A stretch of 64,000 nucleotides of DNA from Planctomycetota bacterium (lineage in GTDB: Bacteria > Planctomycetota > Phycisphaerae > WQYP01), in the NCBI GenBank assembly GCA_021790385.1, contig JAJYDW010000004.1:36193-100192 (forward strand), in the 5' to 3' direction. Shown here piece after piece: positions 9,975 through 20,448 of the stretch. Under the pieces are notes generated by a model. That model did not search any database. It was given only the letters and a program-made list of their open reading frames with translations, and was not told where the DNA came from. Positions within the stretch are counted from its first letter, which is position 1, and the number at the start of each line of letters is the position of its first letter. The position numbers and the translations under genes are program-made.

Positions 9975-10982
9975 ATGATCAAACTGGCGCTGGTAACCGC
10001 AGGACATATTCACACCCCCGGATTTGTTAAAAGAATACAGGCCAGAAAGGATGTGCACGTAGAGGGAGTATACGATTCAAACCCGTCCCTAGCTCGCCAG
10101 TTCGCGGAAGCATTACACACCAACGTGCGCACCGCCGCGGAACTTATTGAAGATGCTGCCGTTGATGCAGTCATTATCAGCGGGCGAACCGATCAACACG
10201 CGGGCCTGGTTGAACAAGCTGCCGCGGCCGGCAAACATCTTTTTGTGGAAAAGCCTCTGGCCACCACGGTGGCTGACGCCATCCGTCTGTACACCGCAAT
10301 TACCGAAGCAGGCGTGTTGTTTCAAACCGGTTATGCCATGCGCAGCAACCCGATATATCGGTTTATTAAGCAGGAAATTTTGGCCGGCAACTTCGGCACC
10401 ATCACCCGGGCCAGGTGCAGTGTATGCCATTCCGGAGTGCTCGGGGGCTGGTTTGATCCGGACTACCGCTGGTTTTACCAGGCTGACCATTCCGGGGGCG
10501 GAGCATTTTTGGATTTGGGTTGCCACGCAGTTGATCTGCTTGTTTTTCTCTTCGGGCCGGTGGCCACGGGAACCGCGGCACTCAATGGCGGCATCAAATA
10601 TCCCAACATTGATGAATATGGCGAAGGCCTGTTAACCTTCCGCAACGGTATCATCGCCAGCGTTGCAGCAGGGTGGGTTGATCAGGCCAATCCGGTGGGT
10701 CTGCTTGTTTCCGGTACTGAAGGGCATGCCTATGAACGGGGTGGGGAGTTGTTCTATTTAAGTCGTAAGTCGGTCGTGGCCGGCGCGGATGGCAAAGCTC
10801 CAATGGATCAAGCTCTTTTCCCGCCTGAGTTGCCGCACGCGTTTGACATATTTATGGATGTACTTACCGGCAAAATGGACAAGGCAAATTTGATTTCTGT
10901 CGCTGATGCGTTGCATGTAATGAAAGTGATGGATGCCCTGTACATGGGGCATAAGTTCGGCAGTTGGGTAAACGTGATGTAG
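9975..10982 (+). CDS. Gfo/Idh/MocA family oxidoreductase (paralog of 6707..7936)
   Basis: 'MIKLALVTAGHIHT' Rossmann N-terminus. RBS AAGGAG upstream of ATG 9975. Confidence 0.7.
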   Translation: MIKLALVTAGHIHTPGFVKRIQARKDVHVEGVYDSNPSLARQFAEALHTNVRTAAELIEDAAVDAVIISGRTDQHAGLVEQAAAAGKHLFVEKPLATTVADAIRLYTAITEAGVLFQTGYAMRSNPIYRFIKQEILAGNFGTITRARCSVCHSGVLGGWFDPDYRWFYQADHSGGGAFLDLGCHAVDLLVFLFGPVATGTAALNGGIKYPNIDEYGEGLLTFRNGIIASVAAGWVDQANPVGLLVSGTEGHAYERGGELFYLSRKSVVAGADGKAPMDQALFPPELPHAFDIFMDVLTGKMDKANLISVADALHVMKVMDALYMGHKFGSWVNVM

Positions 10983-10991
10983 CCACACCGG

Positions 10992-12557
10992 TTACCGCCA
11001 GTTATAGCGAACTGTATAGGTAATTACTTTTTTACCGTTATGGCCGGGAACATCAATCGGAAATTCAATTTCTCGCGAGTTGAGTTTTTTGAATTTGTCG
11101 CTGTTTTTTACAATTTTCCAGTTGTTCCACCGCCACAGGTATTGCTGCACCAGGATATGAACAGCAGTTTTACCGTGGTTGTCCAAGGTAATCTGAAAGG
11201 TTTCCTGCAACGTTTTGCCGGCATTATTTAATTTGAAGTTGGTTTGGACGCGCTTACCGACGATATCAAAAGCTTTGCCCACTTTTACCATCACCGGCTC
11301 ATCGGCGGGGGTGTTATGGATTAAGTCTTCGCCAAGAAATTCCAGCGTGCCATCGGCCGGATCTTCCTGATAGACACGCATTTTCCCTTTGGGGAAGGGG
11401 ATGCCCAGAGAATTTTTGCGGCTGTTGTTGAAGCGCACATAAACTCCCACTTCACCGGTGGACTCGATGCCGTTATTACGCAGCAGGTTCGGACCGCCGT
11501 AATAACCCCACCATGGATTGTTCTGACCACTGTAGATAAATTCCTTCTGCACGGCAATGTGCGGTTTGGTGGGGAAAAGGGCAATTTGCTGGGTGGAATT
11601 TTGATGAATGGTTGTTCGCCGCGGCAAGGTGTACATGTGATACTCAAAAAAAGCCTTTTCCTTAAAGGCCGGGACGGCGTTTTGCAGTTGGGCCGCACCG
11701 GCTCTGGCCATCATCAAAAGCGGTTGTGGCTGCTGCACGCGATGAACGTTTCCGGCAATTAATTTTAGATGGGCATGACGGTAGGTTTTGCCGGAAAGGT
11801 TGAGAATGGTTACCCAGGCTGAAAGACCCGCGGCCGTATTAGTGGAATTCAGCACCAGGTTGTAATCGGCAATCCACGTCAGGCCTTTGGTTTGGTAGGA
11901 CGTGAGAATCTTTTGCTTCCCGCCCGTCGGGGCATCCACCAGCCATTCCAGCGTGGGCATGGTCATCAGCCCACGCGGCAATTTTCCCAGATGTATCTGC
12001 TGGAGGTTGGCGGCAGTTAAGATTCGCAGGCCGTGGTCGGTTTGCACCACCAGCGAGTTGCCCGCGTGCAACAGTTTGCCCCTGATCTGCTTTACGCCAC
12101 GCAATCCAGCCTGAGCAAACAGCGTGATGGTGTGGCCCAGATATTTACTTAAAATCTTCTGGGAATTCACCAAATCAAACTTGAAGCGTTGATTCCAAAC
12201 ACTGGTGTGGGGCACGGTGAGATCCTGAAAACTTACCGATGTCGGGTCAATGAGAGCCGCCACATTGGTAAAATCCAAGTGATTCAGTCCGGCTTTGAGA
12301 TTCATCTCTCTGACTTCTTTCACCACGCCGAAGCCGGGAATTTGAGATGGATTCTCATAATTATATCCAATCCGCTGGTTAAAAACCCACTGCTGCGGAT
12401 TAAAGGCCGCCGGGTCTGCTGAAGAGTATATGGTGATGGTGGTTCCTGATGGCGGCTGGGCTGCGTGCTGGGCAACTGGAGTTGGTGCGGCGGCGGATGT
12501 TACACCGCATGCTACCAGCGAAGCAACGGCAAAGAGCGAAAAACCAATGCTTTTCAT
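10992..12557 (-). CDS. Secreted lipoprotein of unknown function (possibly DUF4139-like)
   Basis: Signal peptide with lipobox 'LVAC'. No catalytic motif was recognised. Confidence 0.45.
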   Translation of the reverse strand: MKSIGFSLFAVASLVACGVTSAAAPTPVAQHAAQPPSGTTITIYSSADPAAFNPQQWVFNQRIGYNYENPSQIPGFGVVKEVREMNLKAGLNHLDFTNVAALIDPTSVSFQDLTVPHTSVWNQRFKFDLVNSQKILSKYLGHTITLFAQAGLRGVKQIRGKLLHAGNSLVVQTDHGLRILTAANLQQIHLGKLPRGLMTMPTLEWLVDAPTGGKQKILTSYQTKGLTWIADYNLVLNSTNTAAGLSAWVTILNLSGKTYRHAHLKLIAGNVHRVQQPQPLLMMARAGAAQLQNAVPAFKEKAFFEYHMYTLPRRTTIHQNSTQQIALFPTKPHIAVQKEFIYSGQNNPWWGYYGGPNLLRNNGIESTGEVGVYVRFNNSRKNSLGIPFPKGKMRVYQEDPADGTLEFLGEDLIHNTPADEPVMVKVGKAFDIVGKRVQTNFKLNNAGKTLQETFQITLDNHGKTAVHILVQQYLWRWNNWKIVKNSDKFKKLNSREIEFPIDVPGHNGKKVITYTVRYNWR

Positions 12558-12689
12558 AGTAAATCTCCAAATATGTTGTCACCCGTGAACAACGGATAAT
12601 GGCCGCTTAGTGGCTCAACCGCACGGGATCTGATCAGCCACAGTTCTGATACCTTGGACGCTCCGGGAGGCCCGCGGGTTCTCATTATT

Positions 12690-14081
12690 TCATTTACCGC
12701 ACAGCTTGTGCCCCAAAACGTCATACAAAGCGGCAGCAGTGCGAATACCAGCGTAATAACATTCCAAATTCAGTTTTTCGTTCGGGCCGTGAATACGATC
12801 ATCCGGTAAGCCGAAGCCCAGCATCACCGCATCCACACCAAGCATTTCCTTAAACCAACCGACCACAGGGATGGAGCCGCCCTCGCGGATATACACCGGA
12901 TTCTGGCCAAAACCGATTTTTAATGCTTCCGCGGCAGCCTGCATGACCGGTGAATCTGTGGGAGTCAGGGCTGCCGGCGATGCCCCAAGGGCCGTGAGGT
13001 TGACGGTAACGCCAAGTGGGGTGATCTGTTGAACAAAGGCCTCAAATGCCGCGGCGATTTTCTGTGGATCCTGGTTGGGCACCAGTCGCATGGAAAGTTT
13101 GGCACCGGCCCTGGCCGGCAAAACGGTTTTTGCGCCAGGCCCCTGATAACCGCTCCACAAGCCGTTAATGTCTAACGTGGGACGAATCCACTTGCGTTCC
13201 AGCGTGGTGTAGCCGGCTTCGCCAAAAGGGGTTGTGATGCCGGCTTCACGGGCGAACTGGTCATCGGTAAAAGGCAGTTCTTTCCATTGCTGCCGCAAGG
13301 CTTCGTCCACACTTGCGACATCATCATAAAAACCGGGTACAGTGACTCGCCCCTGGCCATCGTGCAGGCGAGAGAGCATTTCCACCAAAGCGTTGGCCGG
13401 GTTGGCCACCGCGCCGCCAAAAAGTCCGCTGTGCAGGTCGGAGACAGGGCCTTGGACATCAATTTGGTAATACATCAGCCCGCGCAGGCCGCACGTAATT
13501 GCGGGCACACCAGGTGCAAACTGGTTGCAATCGCTGATGATCAGAGCTTGGGCGGATTTTAATTGAGATATGCGCTGTTCTATCACCGTCCGCAGGTTCA
13601 GAGATCCGATTTCCTCCTCACCTTCCAAAAGCACGGTTAGCCGCACGGGCAATTCTGAGGCAATTTCCCGCCAGGCCAGCAGTGCGGTCAGATGGGCGTG
13701 TACCTGGCCTTTGTCGTCACTGGCACCGCGGGCAATCAGGTCGCCATTTTTGATTGTGGGCTTAAAGGGCGGCGTGTGCCAGCCATCCTCTATCTGTGCG
13801 GGTTGTACATCGTAATGACCATAAAATAAAACATGTGGTGCATGTGGCGGGCACAGACCCTCCGGTGTGGTGGCAAACACGCAGGGGTGGCGAGCGGTGG
13901 GAATTAGTTCCGTTGTCAGACCTATACCGCGAAGATTGAACATGGCCCATTCGGCTGCGGCAGCAACGTCGGCATCATGCGATTGCTGCGTAGAGACACT
14001 GGGAATGGCCAACCATTGCTGGAGGTCTTCCAACCAGCGTCGACGATTTTTGTCCACCCAGATTAACACACTGTCGAGCAT
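12690..14081 (-). CDS. M20 family metallopeptidase / dipeptidase
   Basis: 'HVLFYGHYDVQPA' and 'ASDDKGQVHAHLTALLAWRE' are M20 zinc-peptidase signatures. The start was placed at the internal 'MLDSV' to avoid overlapping the upstream gene. Confidence 0.65.
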   Translation of the reverse strand: MLDSVLIWVDKNRRRWLEDLQQWLAIPSVSTQQSHDADVAAAAEWAMFNLRGIGLTTELIPTARHPCVFATTPEGLCPPHAPHVLFYGHYDVQPAQIEDGWHTPPFKPTIKNGDLIARGASDDKGQVHAHLTALLAWREIASELPVRLTVLLEGEEEIGSLNLRTVIEQRISQLKSAQALIISDCNQFAPGVPAITCGLRGLMYYQIDVQGPVSDLHSGLFGGAVANPANALVEMLSRLHDGQGRVTVPGFYDDVASVDEALRQQWKELPFTDDQFAREAGITTPFGEAGYTTLERKWIRPTLDINGLWSGYQGPGAKTVLPARAGAKLSMRLVPNQDPQKIAAAFEAFVQQITPLGVTVNLTALGASPAALTPTDSPVMQAAAEALKIGFGQNPVYIREGGSIPVVGWFKEMLGVDAVMLGFGLPDDRIHGPNEKLNLECYYAGIRTAAALYDVLGHKLCGK

Positions 14082-14115
14082 GAAATCTCCATTTGCAACA
14101 AGCCTTTGGCCCCAG

Positions 14116-15750
14116 TTATTCTTCAGCCGGGACTTTTTCCTGCTTGCCACTGGCGGCAGCCCGATCCATCGTATGCAATAGGTGTATAACTCTGGCAGCC
14201 TTGCGTGCGGTAATTTCCAGCTTGTCACCTAACCGCAGATGATCGGCCACATTCTGGTAATATCGAAAACCTTCGCTCGTCGCATACTTGATCTTCACCG
14301 GCGATTCTGCCTTGATCTTTGGATCGTAGGTGTGCAATTCAAAGCTGCCATTCCACCAATAGTCCAGCACCGCTCCGCGCGTTCCTAAGATACGCCAGCG
14401 GGGCTTATTAATTCGGCCAATTTTGGACATTTCAAAATCCAGAGTGCTGCCATTCTTGAACCGTACATAAGCTTCCATATGGTCTTCGTTGGTAACATTG
14501 GTCCAAACACGTTTTTGCGATGTGGCCACCACCCAATCGATGGGGCCATCCATTAGATCTAAGGCCCAGTATATAATGTGGGCACCCCAGTCGAAGTGCA
14601 TTCCACCGGAAATTTCCTTACTGGAACGCCACCAGCTTCCCTGGGGGGAAAATGAGGTCATTCCAGTTTCAAATCTGAATATATCGCCGATGGCGCGACG
14701 ATGCCGTACAATTTCCTCCACCGCCAGAAATTCTCCATCCCAGCGTCGGTTGTGGTAAACACTAAGCATTTTTCCGGCTTTGTCGGCAGCGGCAACCATG
14801 GCGTGCGCTTGATCGGAATTGATGGCCATTGGTTTTTCCACAACACAATGTCGGCCGCTGTTGAGTACGTCAATGGCCACCTGGGCATGAATATCATGCG
14901 GCAAAATAACGGCGAGAAGTTCAGCATCTGAATTTTTCAGCATATCCCGGTGATTGGTAAACGTATGGATACCCGGAAAATCTTTTGCGGCAAGAGCCAT
15001 CCGGGTGGCATCCAGATCGCAGGCAGCAACGGGAATCAGGCCGGCGTTCTGCATTTCCTTCAGATGCGTGTGGCCCATATTAAATGTGCCGCCGTAGCCG
15101 ATGACACCGACCTTTAATGGCGGCCTTTCCATCAAGCCCGTCGCCCAGCGTAAACCGCGGCTAAAGAGCTGCTGCCAGCCGGAGAGCGAGATATCCTCTA
15201 TGGAGTGACCGGGTGCCAGATAAAATATGTGTCCTGCGCCATAGTCTTTCACGTACGCAATGGGCTGCATTTTTCCGAGCCAGTTGGCCTGAGCCAAAAC
15301 ATGTAAAGGAGAACCCACCGATTCAAGCTGGTAAAGTTCGCTGGTCATGGAAAAGGGATTGAAATGCCGCATGATCTGGTGCGTGGTATCGCAGGGTTCC
15401 ACTTGAAATTCTACCGGTGCTCCATGTCCGATAAACCTCGCCCCCAGCATGTCTATATAATCGCGATTGCTTTTCCAACTCGCTGCCGCGCCATGCACGC
15501 CCACCAGGGCACCACCGGATTTGACAAACTCCACCAGGCCTTTTTCTTCTGCGGGTGTCAGATCTCCACCTTGGGTACAGACAACAACTGCCTTGAAATC
15601 GCTTTTCGGAAGCGTGGTTAAAACTTGGCGATCCTCTGACGCTTCCACCGTCCAACCGTCGTGGGTGATAATTTTGGATAAACTTTCGGCAATTGCGGGA
15701 AAATCATGGAATGAGCCACCGGTTAAGAGCAAAATTTTGGTTTGGACCAT
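14116..15750 (-). CDS. Fusion protein: N-terminal ThuA-like (class I glutamine-amidotransferase-like, trehalose utilisation) domain plus C-terminal Gfo/Idh/MocA (ThuB-like) oxidoreductase domain
   Basis: N-terminal half 'KILLLTGGSFHDFPAIAESL...GGALVGVHGAAAS' is ThuA-like. C-terminal half 'KVGVIGYGGTFNMGHTHL' onwards is a Gfo/Idh/MocA Rossmann domain. Confidence 0.6.
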   Translation of the reverse strand: MVQTKILLLTGGSFHDFPAIAESLSKIITHDGWTVEASEDRQVLTTLPKSDFKAVVVCTQGGDLTPAEEKGLVEFVKSGGALVGVHGAAASWKSNRDYIDMLGARFIGHGAPVEFQVEPCDTTHQIMRHFNPFSMTSELYQLESVGSPLHVLAQANWLGKMQPIAYVKDYGAGHIFYLAPGHSIEDISLSGWQQLFSRGLRWATGLMERPPLKVGVIGYGGTFNMGHTHLKEMQNAGLIPVAACDLDATRMALAAKDFPGIHTFTNHRDMLKNSDAELLAVILPHDIHAQVAIDVLNSGRHCVVEKPMAINSDQAHAMVAAADKAGKMLSVYHNRRWDGEFLAVEEIVRHRRAIGDIFRFETGMTSFSPQGSWWRSSKEISGGMHFDWGAHIIYWALDLMDGPIDWVVATSQKRVWTNVTNEDHMEAYVRFKNGSTLDFEMSKIGRINKPRWRILGTRGAVLDYWWNGSFELHTYDPKIKAESPVKIKYATSEGFRYYQNVADHLRLGDKLEITARKAARVIHLLHTMDRAAASGKQEKVPAEE

Positions 15751-16229
15751 GGATCAATGCCTTCCAGAAAAAATCTTGCCAGTGAAATTCTTCATGGGAA
15801 GAAAATGTTAGTCCTTAGCCGCGATTATGGCAAGAAGGAGGATTAACCCAAAAACGATCTGCTCTACCAAATTTTCGGACAGTTCTGCCTGGCCAATGAC
15901 CGCAGAAGCGGCTTGGGTCCGTGTTTGGGATGATGGTATACGGGGCTATCGAGATTTTATTTACCGCATCAACCCTTTCAGCCCTTTAACAAACGCATTC
16001 GTCCGGGTAGCAACATGCCGCGCTGCGGGTTCATAAAACTCAATCTAACACTATATAAATAAAAGACTTGCGATATCTTATCAATTTTAACACAATCTTA
16101 ACATTTCCTTAATCAAATGACATCACGGCAGGTGGATACTATTACCATCGAGATATGGAGTCTCGCAGCTTGGTGATATCTGGCTTGTGCCAAGCCGGGG
16201 ATTTTAGGGATTTCGGCAGGAGAAACGCT

Positions 16230-17654
16230 ATGTCACAGGTTACAGCAGATCCCGTTGCCCAGGGCATATCCGAAGCGCTAAACGAGGTCAAATTCAGCCG
16301 GTTTCATTTTCGCGCTATTGTTACGGCTGGGATGGGATTTTTTACCTCCGCATATGATTTGTGCGTGATCGGCACGGCAGCCGCCCTGATTGATCCTATC
16401 TGGCATTTGCAGGCCGCCGATACCAGCTTGTTGGTGGCCGCATCCCTGGCGGCCACTTTTGTCGGAGCCTTTGTGTTTGGCCGTTTGGCCGATGTGATCG
16501 GGCGGAAAAGCATCTATGGTATCGAGGCGATCCTCATGTCGATCGGGGCCATCGGCAGTGCTTTTTGTCCGAGTTTAATCTGGCTGGTGGTGTTTCGCGT
16601 GATTATGGGGTTTGGTATCGGTGGTGATTATCCGCTTTCGGCAGTCATCATGAGTGAATACGCCAATCGTAAAGATCGCGGAAAAATGGTGGGTATGGTG
16701 TTTTCCTGCCAGGCCTTGGGCTTTTTAGCCGGTCCTCTTTTGGCGGTGCTGTTGCTGGCTGCGGGTGTTGGCCATGATTTAGCTTGGCGAATTTTGCTTG
16801 GAGCCGGGGCTATTCCTTCGCTGGCTGTGATTTTACTACGACGCACCATGCCGGAATCCCCGCGGTGGCAGGCTCGCGTTTCGGGCAATAAATATGGCGC
16901 TGCTGCGGATATGGCCCAGTATACTCGGGGGCTGGCCAGTGTGACCCACGTCAATGGCCGTGATCCTCGCATCAACGCTCCTCTAAGCAAATATGCGGTA
17001 ACCCTCATCGGCACAGCCGGTGCGTGGTTTGCATTGGATTATGCCTTTTACGGCAATTCCGTGTGTATGCCTCTGATTATGAAGGGCATTGATCCCACGG
17101 CTGACCTTCTGGCCAACCTAGCTTGGGGCGCAGTTATATTCGGGGCTTTTGCAGTACCCGGATATATCGGTGCTTTTATGTTTGCCGACAAAATAGGGCG
17201 CAAGCGATTGCAAATTCTGGGTTTTATCATGATGGCTGTTAGCTTTGGTGCCATCGGCCTGTTTCCGCAGGTGGCATCGAGTTTTGGATTATTTGTGGTA
17301 TTATTTGGACTGAGTTTCTTTTTCACGCAATTTGGACCTAACGTTACAACCTTTATTCTTGCTGCCGAGCTATTTCCCGTGAATCAACGCACTACCGGCC
17401 ATGGTATATCCGCAGGCATCGGCAAGGTTGGTGCGTGCCTGGGGGTTTTTGCTTTTCCCTGGCTCAATGCCCAACTGGGTGTCTATCATGCTTTACTTTT
17501 TGCCGCGGGCTTTGCCGTCCTGGGTATGCTGCTGACTCTGCTGATTAAGGAACCAGCCGGTAAATCGCTGGAACACATCAGCGGCGAAGATGAGGCTATG
17601 CAGGATACCATTGCGCCGATCAAATCCCGACGTGCTTCTTCCATGGCTGCCTGA
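16230..17654 (+). CDS. MFS transporter (metabolite:H+ symporter-like)
   Basis: About 12 predicted TM segments. 'GRLADVIGRKSIYG' is an MFS motif. The N-terminal 'FFTSAYDLCVIG' is MHS-like. Confidence 0.65.
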   Translation: MSQVTADPVAQGISEALNEVKFSRFHFRAIVTAGMGFFTSAYDLCVIGTAAALIDPIWHLQAADTSLLVAASLAATFVGAFVFGRLADVIGRKSIYGIEAILMSIGAIGSAFCPSLIWLVVFRVIMGFGIGGDYPLSAVIMSEYANRKDRGKMVGMVFSCQALGFLAGPLLAVLLLAAGVGHDLAWRILLGAGAIPSLAVILLRRTMPESPRWQARVSGNKYGAAADMAQYTRGLASVTHVNGRDPRINAPLSKYAVTLIGTAGAWFALDYAFYGNSVCMPLIMKGIDPTADLLANLAWGAVIFGAFAVPGYIGAFMFADKIGRKRLQILGFIMMAVSFGAIGLFPQVASSFGLFVVLFGLSFFFTQFGPNVTTFILAAELFPVNQRTTGHGISAGIGKVGACLGVFAFPWLNAQLGVYHALLFAAGFAVLGMLLTLLIKEPAGKSLEHISGEDEAMQDTIAPIKSRRASSMAA

Positions 17655-17670
17655 GACCGATAGCATGCTA

Positions 17671-20385
17671 TCAGCGATGGGCGGCGGCATATAAAATTAC
17701 ATTTCTGGCCAGCGCCTGGGCAGAAGCCGGGGCATATCCGCTGATACCCCAGGTATTGGTGCTCAGCAGCCCGCATGTGATATCAGCGGAAGAAAATATA
17801 ACAATCCAGCGTCCATTCTTTTTAATACCCATCAACTCCGGTCGAGTTTTGACATGCTTGTGCTGTTGGTTGTAAAACTTTCTAAATTGTACGTGAGTAA
17901 CGTTGTTCCCGCCCGGAAAGGTTCCCGTATACAAGGATGACTCCGGTGGAACCGCAATCAGTGCTTGCCGCGGAAACGCCCGCACTACCAGTTGCACAAA
18001 AGATTCGGTAAATTGGTTTTTTCCCCCGGCCGCATCGGCCAACAGCATGCCTCCATGCCTTACGTACGTTCGCAGCGCCAGAATCTGTGCGGCGGTGAGC
18101 GTCAATGCTCCAGTCCCGGTCAATTGCGCCAGTGGGTAAAGTTTTGGGTTTAGTTTTGAGCCGATGCTATGAATGGTTATAGTCAATCGTGTATGAAAAT
18201 CACGGGCTGCGATCTTGGCCATGCGCGGCCACGCACCAGGTTCTGGATTCCAATTGCCCGTATAACGCAGACGGACCATGGTCAGGTGACGGGTAGCCGT
18301 TGTGATGGGACCGGTAATGGCCCGTGATTCCAGGCGGTTGGACAACGCCACCTTCCCTGTGGCGTAAAAATAGATATTGGCCGGAACTTGCCAGTCGTCG
18401 GTGGTCGCAAAGTGATGACTCTGCCACGCTGCCCCAAGATCCACGGAACTTAACAGCCACCAATAGCGGATATGATTGCTGACGGCCTGAAATTGCGGCG
18501 GCCTCTGGAAATGGTACCACGGCTGGAGGGTGTAAATGTAGCTGGTCGGTGGAACCGGTTTTACCTGGTATCGGTCATGAACTACACGCTGAGCGTACCG
18601 TACCATGGCCTTTTGAAACAATCGCGATCTGCCATCGGGCGAAGAGAGAATCAGGCCGCCGGCCTGTACGTATTTTCGGAGTGCGGCCACCTGCATTTTG
18701 GAAAAATGGGGATCTTTTCTGCCAGTGATTAGCAGAATCGGGGCTTGCAGCCATTGAGTCAATGGTGCGTGGAAAGTGACCACCTGCCAGTTGAGTGGCG
18801 TTTCAAACGTTTTGCTGAGCCACGATGTAAAATTGGCAGCGTCGCGCTGGCGGACATTCCAACTTCCAGAGAAATTGTTTCCATACTGGAGCTTGCTGAT
18901 CACCACGGGATTAAGTCCGCGGTCCAGCACCAGCAATGCATAGGCGGTGGCTACCACCGAGGATGCCTGAAAAAAATGACCATTATGCCACGGCCCGCCC
19001 CGGTTGCGGGTGAGCGTTCGGACGAAATCGTCATACCAGTTATGGCCGCCAATAGTGACAATGCCGCTGGCCAGCGCCACGCGTTCATCGCCATACATAG
19101 CATAGAAGTTGTTTTCATCCGGATGAAAGTGCCGGTTCAGCCACGCCAAGCTACGGAGAATAAACGGGTGGGGGATGGGATCGAGCGTTGGCCGCTGGTA
19201 AAGATATTCATCGCAGATCAAGAGGCTGGCCAGGCCGGCGGGCGTCATGGTATCGGCCGGTATTCGGCCTGGTCCTCCGGCAGGATGATTGGGCGTTCCC
19301 ATATAGATCCAGGCACCATTCATATATTGTTTCTTTCGCCAGTGCTTTGCAGCCTTGCGCCAATAAGAGTAGGGAATTTCCAAACCGGCATGGGCGCAGG
19401 CCCATGTTCCAAGCACGCCATACTGTGTATTGGAATTGTCCCAGCGTTGGGCCTGAAATATCAATGCTCCGGGCGGTGTTTGCATATAGGTATAGCCGCC
19501 ATCGGCATGAATGCTATGTATTAAATATCGGGCATCTTCCTGCAGGACGCGGCGATAACGGGCTTTGTTGGGCAGCAAGGCCATGGTATTGGCCTGAAAC
19601 GATGCCACGTATGTGCTGCGGGGTTTAAGTTTTACCAAAAAGTTCAGAGCACGGCGCATTTTGCGCGAAAAGATATTGAGCTGCGGTAAATGCAGACTTT
19701 GCTGCACATCCAGCAAGGCTTCCGTAACTAAGGCGGTTTTTCCGCCGAATTGCAGCGCGTTGTTGGAATGTGGATATTCCCACAGCCAGCGACGATTCTG
19801 TCGAGACAGCAAAAAGTTAACCCCACGGGTGATGGAAGCTATGACTGCCTGACTCCGGCGGCTTATCGGCGCTTGCGGAGGTCCGAAGGAAATCGATGGT
19901 TTGGGGTGGGGAACGAATGTGGCAACCTGTGACAATGAGGCGGTATCAGCAACTGCTGGTTTGGACTTCCTCTCGACAACAGGTTTGGACGGTGATCCAG
20001 GTGCAGTCGAAGCCAGAGGTGCCGAACGCACTGGCACCTTTGGCGACGATGGTGTTATTTTCAATACTTTCTGTAAAAACGGTTGTCCGCTGATGGGCCT
20101 GGTGGTCAATACGGTTTTTCCGATGAGTGCAAGACGAGGTCGGGATGGTGGCAGTGGCAATCGCGGCGGATTTTCCGATGGTGCCAGGGAGCGGCCCAAC
20201 AACAGTCCCAGAATGATCATCAAGATCAGTCCCACGACCAGGCTCTTGACTCCCGGCTTTCGCCGACTGCGGGTTAATTCCCTGTAGCACTGGACGCATA
20301 CTACAGAATTCTGCCAAACGAAGGCCTTATCAGTTGGACCGATGATGGCATTACAATTTTCGCACTCTTCCAGATGTTCGGCCAT
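17671..20385 (-). CDS. Large membrane protein (904 aa). It has an N-terminal cytoplasmic zinc ribbon, one TM helix and a Pro-rich linker. The periplasmic part resembles prenyltransferase/squalene-oxidase repeats followed by a DUF4159-like domain.
   Basis: 'CENCNAIIG...CVQCYREL' is a C4 zinc ribbon. The TM helix is 'LVVGLILMIILGLLLG'. The linker is 'PPRLPLPPSRP'. Assignment of the later domains is by loose motif resemblance only. Confidence 0.45.
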   Translation of the reverse strand: MAEHLEECENCNAIIGPTDKAFVWQNSVVCVQCYRELTRSRRKPGVKSLVVGLILMIILGLLLGRSLAPSENPPRLPLPPSRPRLALIGKTVLTTRPISGQPFLQKVLKITPSSPKVPVRSAPLASTAPGSPSKPVVERKSKPAVADTASLSQVATFVPHPKPSISFGPPQAPISRRSQAVIASITRGVNFLLSRQNRRWLWEYPHSNNALQFGGKTALVTEALLDVQQSLHLPQLNIFSRKMRRALNFLVKLKPRSTYVASFQANTMALLPNKARYRRVLQEDARYLIHSIHADGGYTYMQTPPGALIFQAQRWDNSNTQYGVLGTWACAHAGLEIPYSYWRKAAKHWRKKQYMNGAWIYMGTPNHPAGGPGRIPADTMTPAGLASLLICDEYLYQRPTLDPIPHPFILRSLAWLNRHFHPDENNFYAMYGDERVALASGIVTIGGHNWYDDFVRTLTRNRGGPWHNGHFFQASSVVATAYALLVLDRGLNPVVISKLQYGNNFSGSWNVRQRDAANFTSWLSKTFETPLNWQVVTFHAPLTQWLQAPILLITGRKDPHFSKMQVAALRKYVQAGGLILSSPDGRSRLFQKAMVRYAQRVVHDRYQVKPVPPTSYIYTLQPWYHFQRPPQFQAVSNHIRYWWLLSSVDLGAAWQSHHFATTDDWQVPANIYFYATGKVALSNRLESRAITGPITTATRHLTMVRLRYTGNWNPEPGAWPRMAKIAARDFHTRLTITIHSIGSKLNPKLYPLAQLTGTGALTLTAAQILALRTYVRHGGMLLADAAGGKNQFTESFVQLVVRAFPRQALIAVPPESSLYTGTFPGGNNVTHVQFRKFYNQQHKHVKTRPELMGIKKNGRWIVIFSSADITCGLLSTNTWGISGYAPASAQALARNVILYAAAHR

Positions 20386-20448
20386 ACCTGAATCTCTTCA
20401 CTGAAACTGGTGCCAAGGCTGCCAGTGTGGCATGTCACCGGGCTGTAA

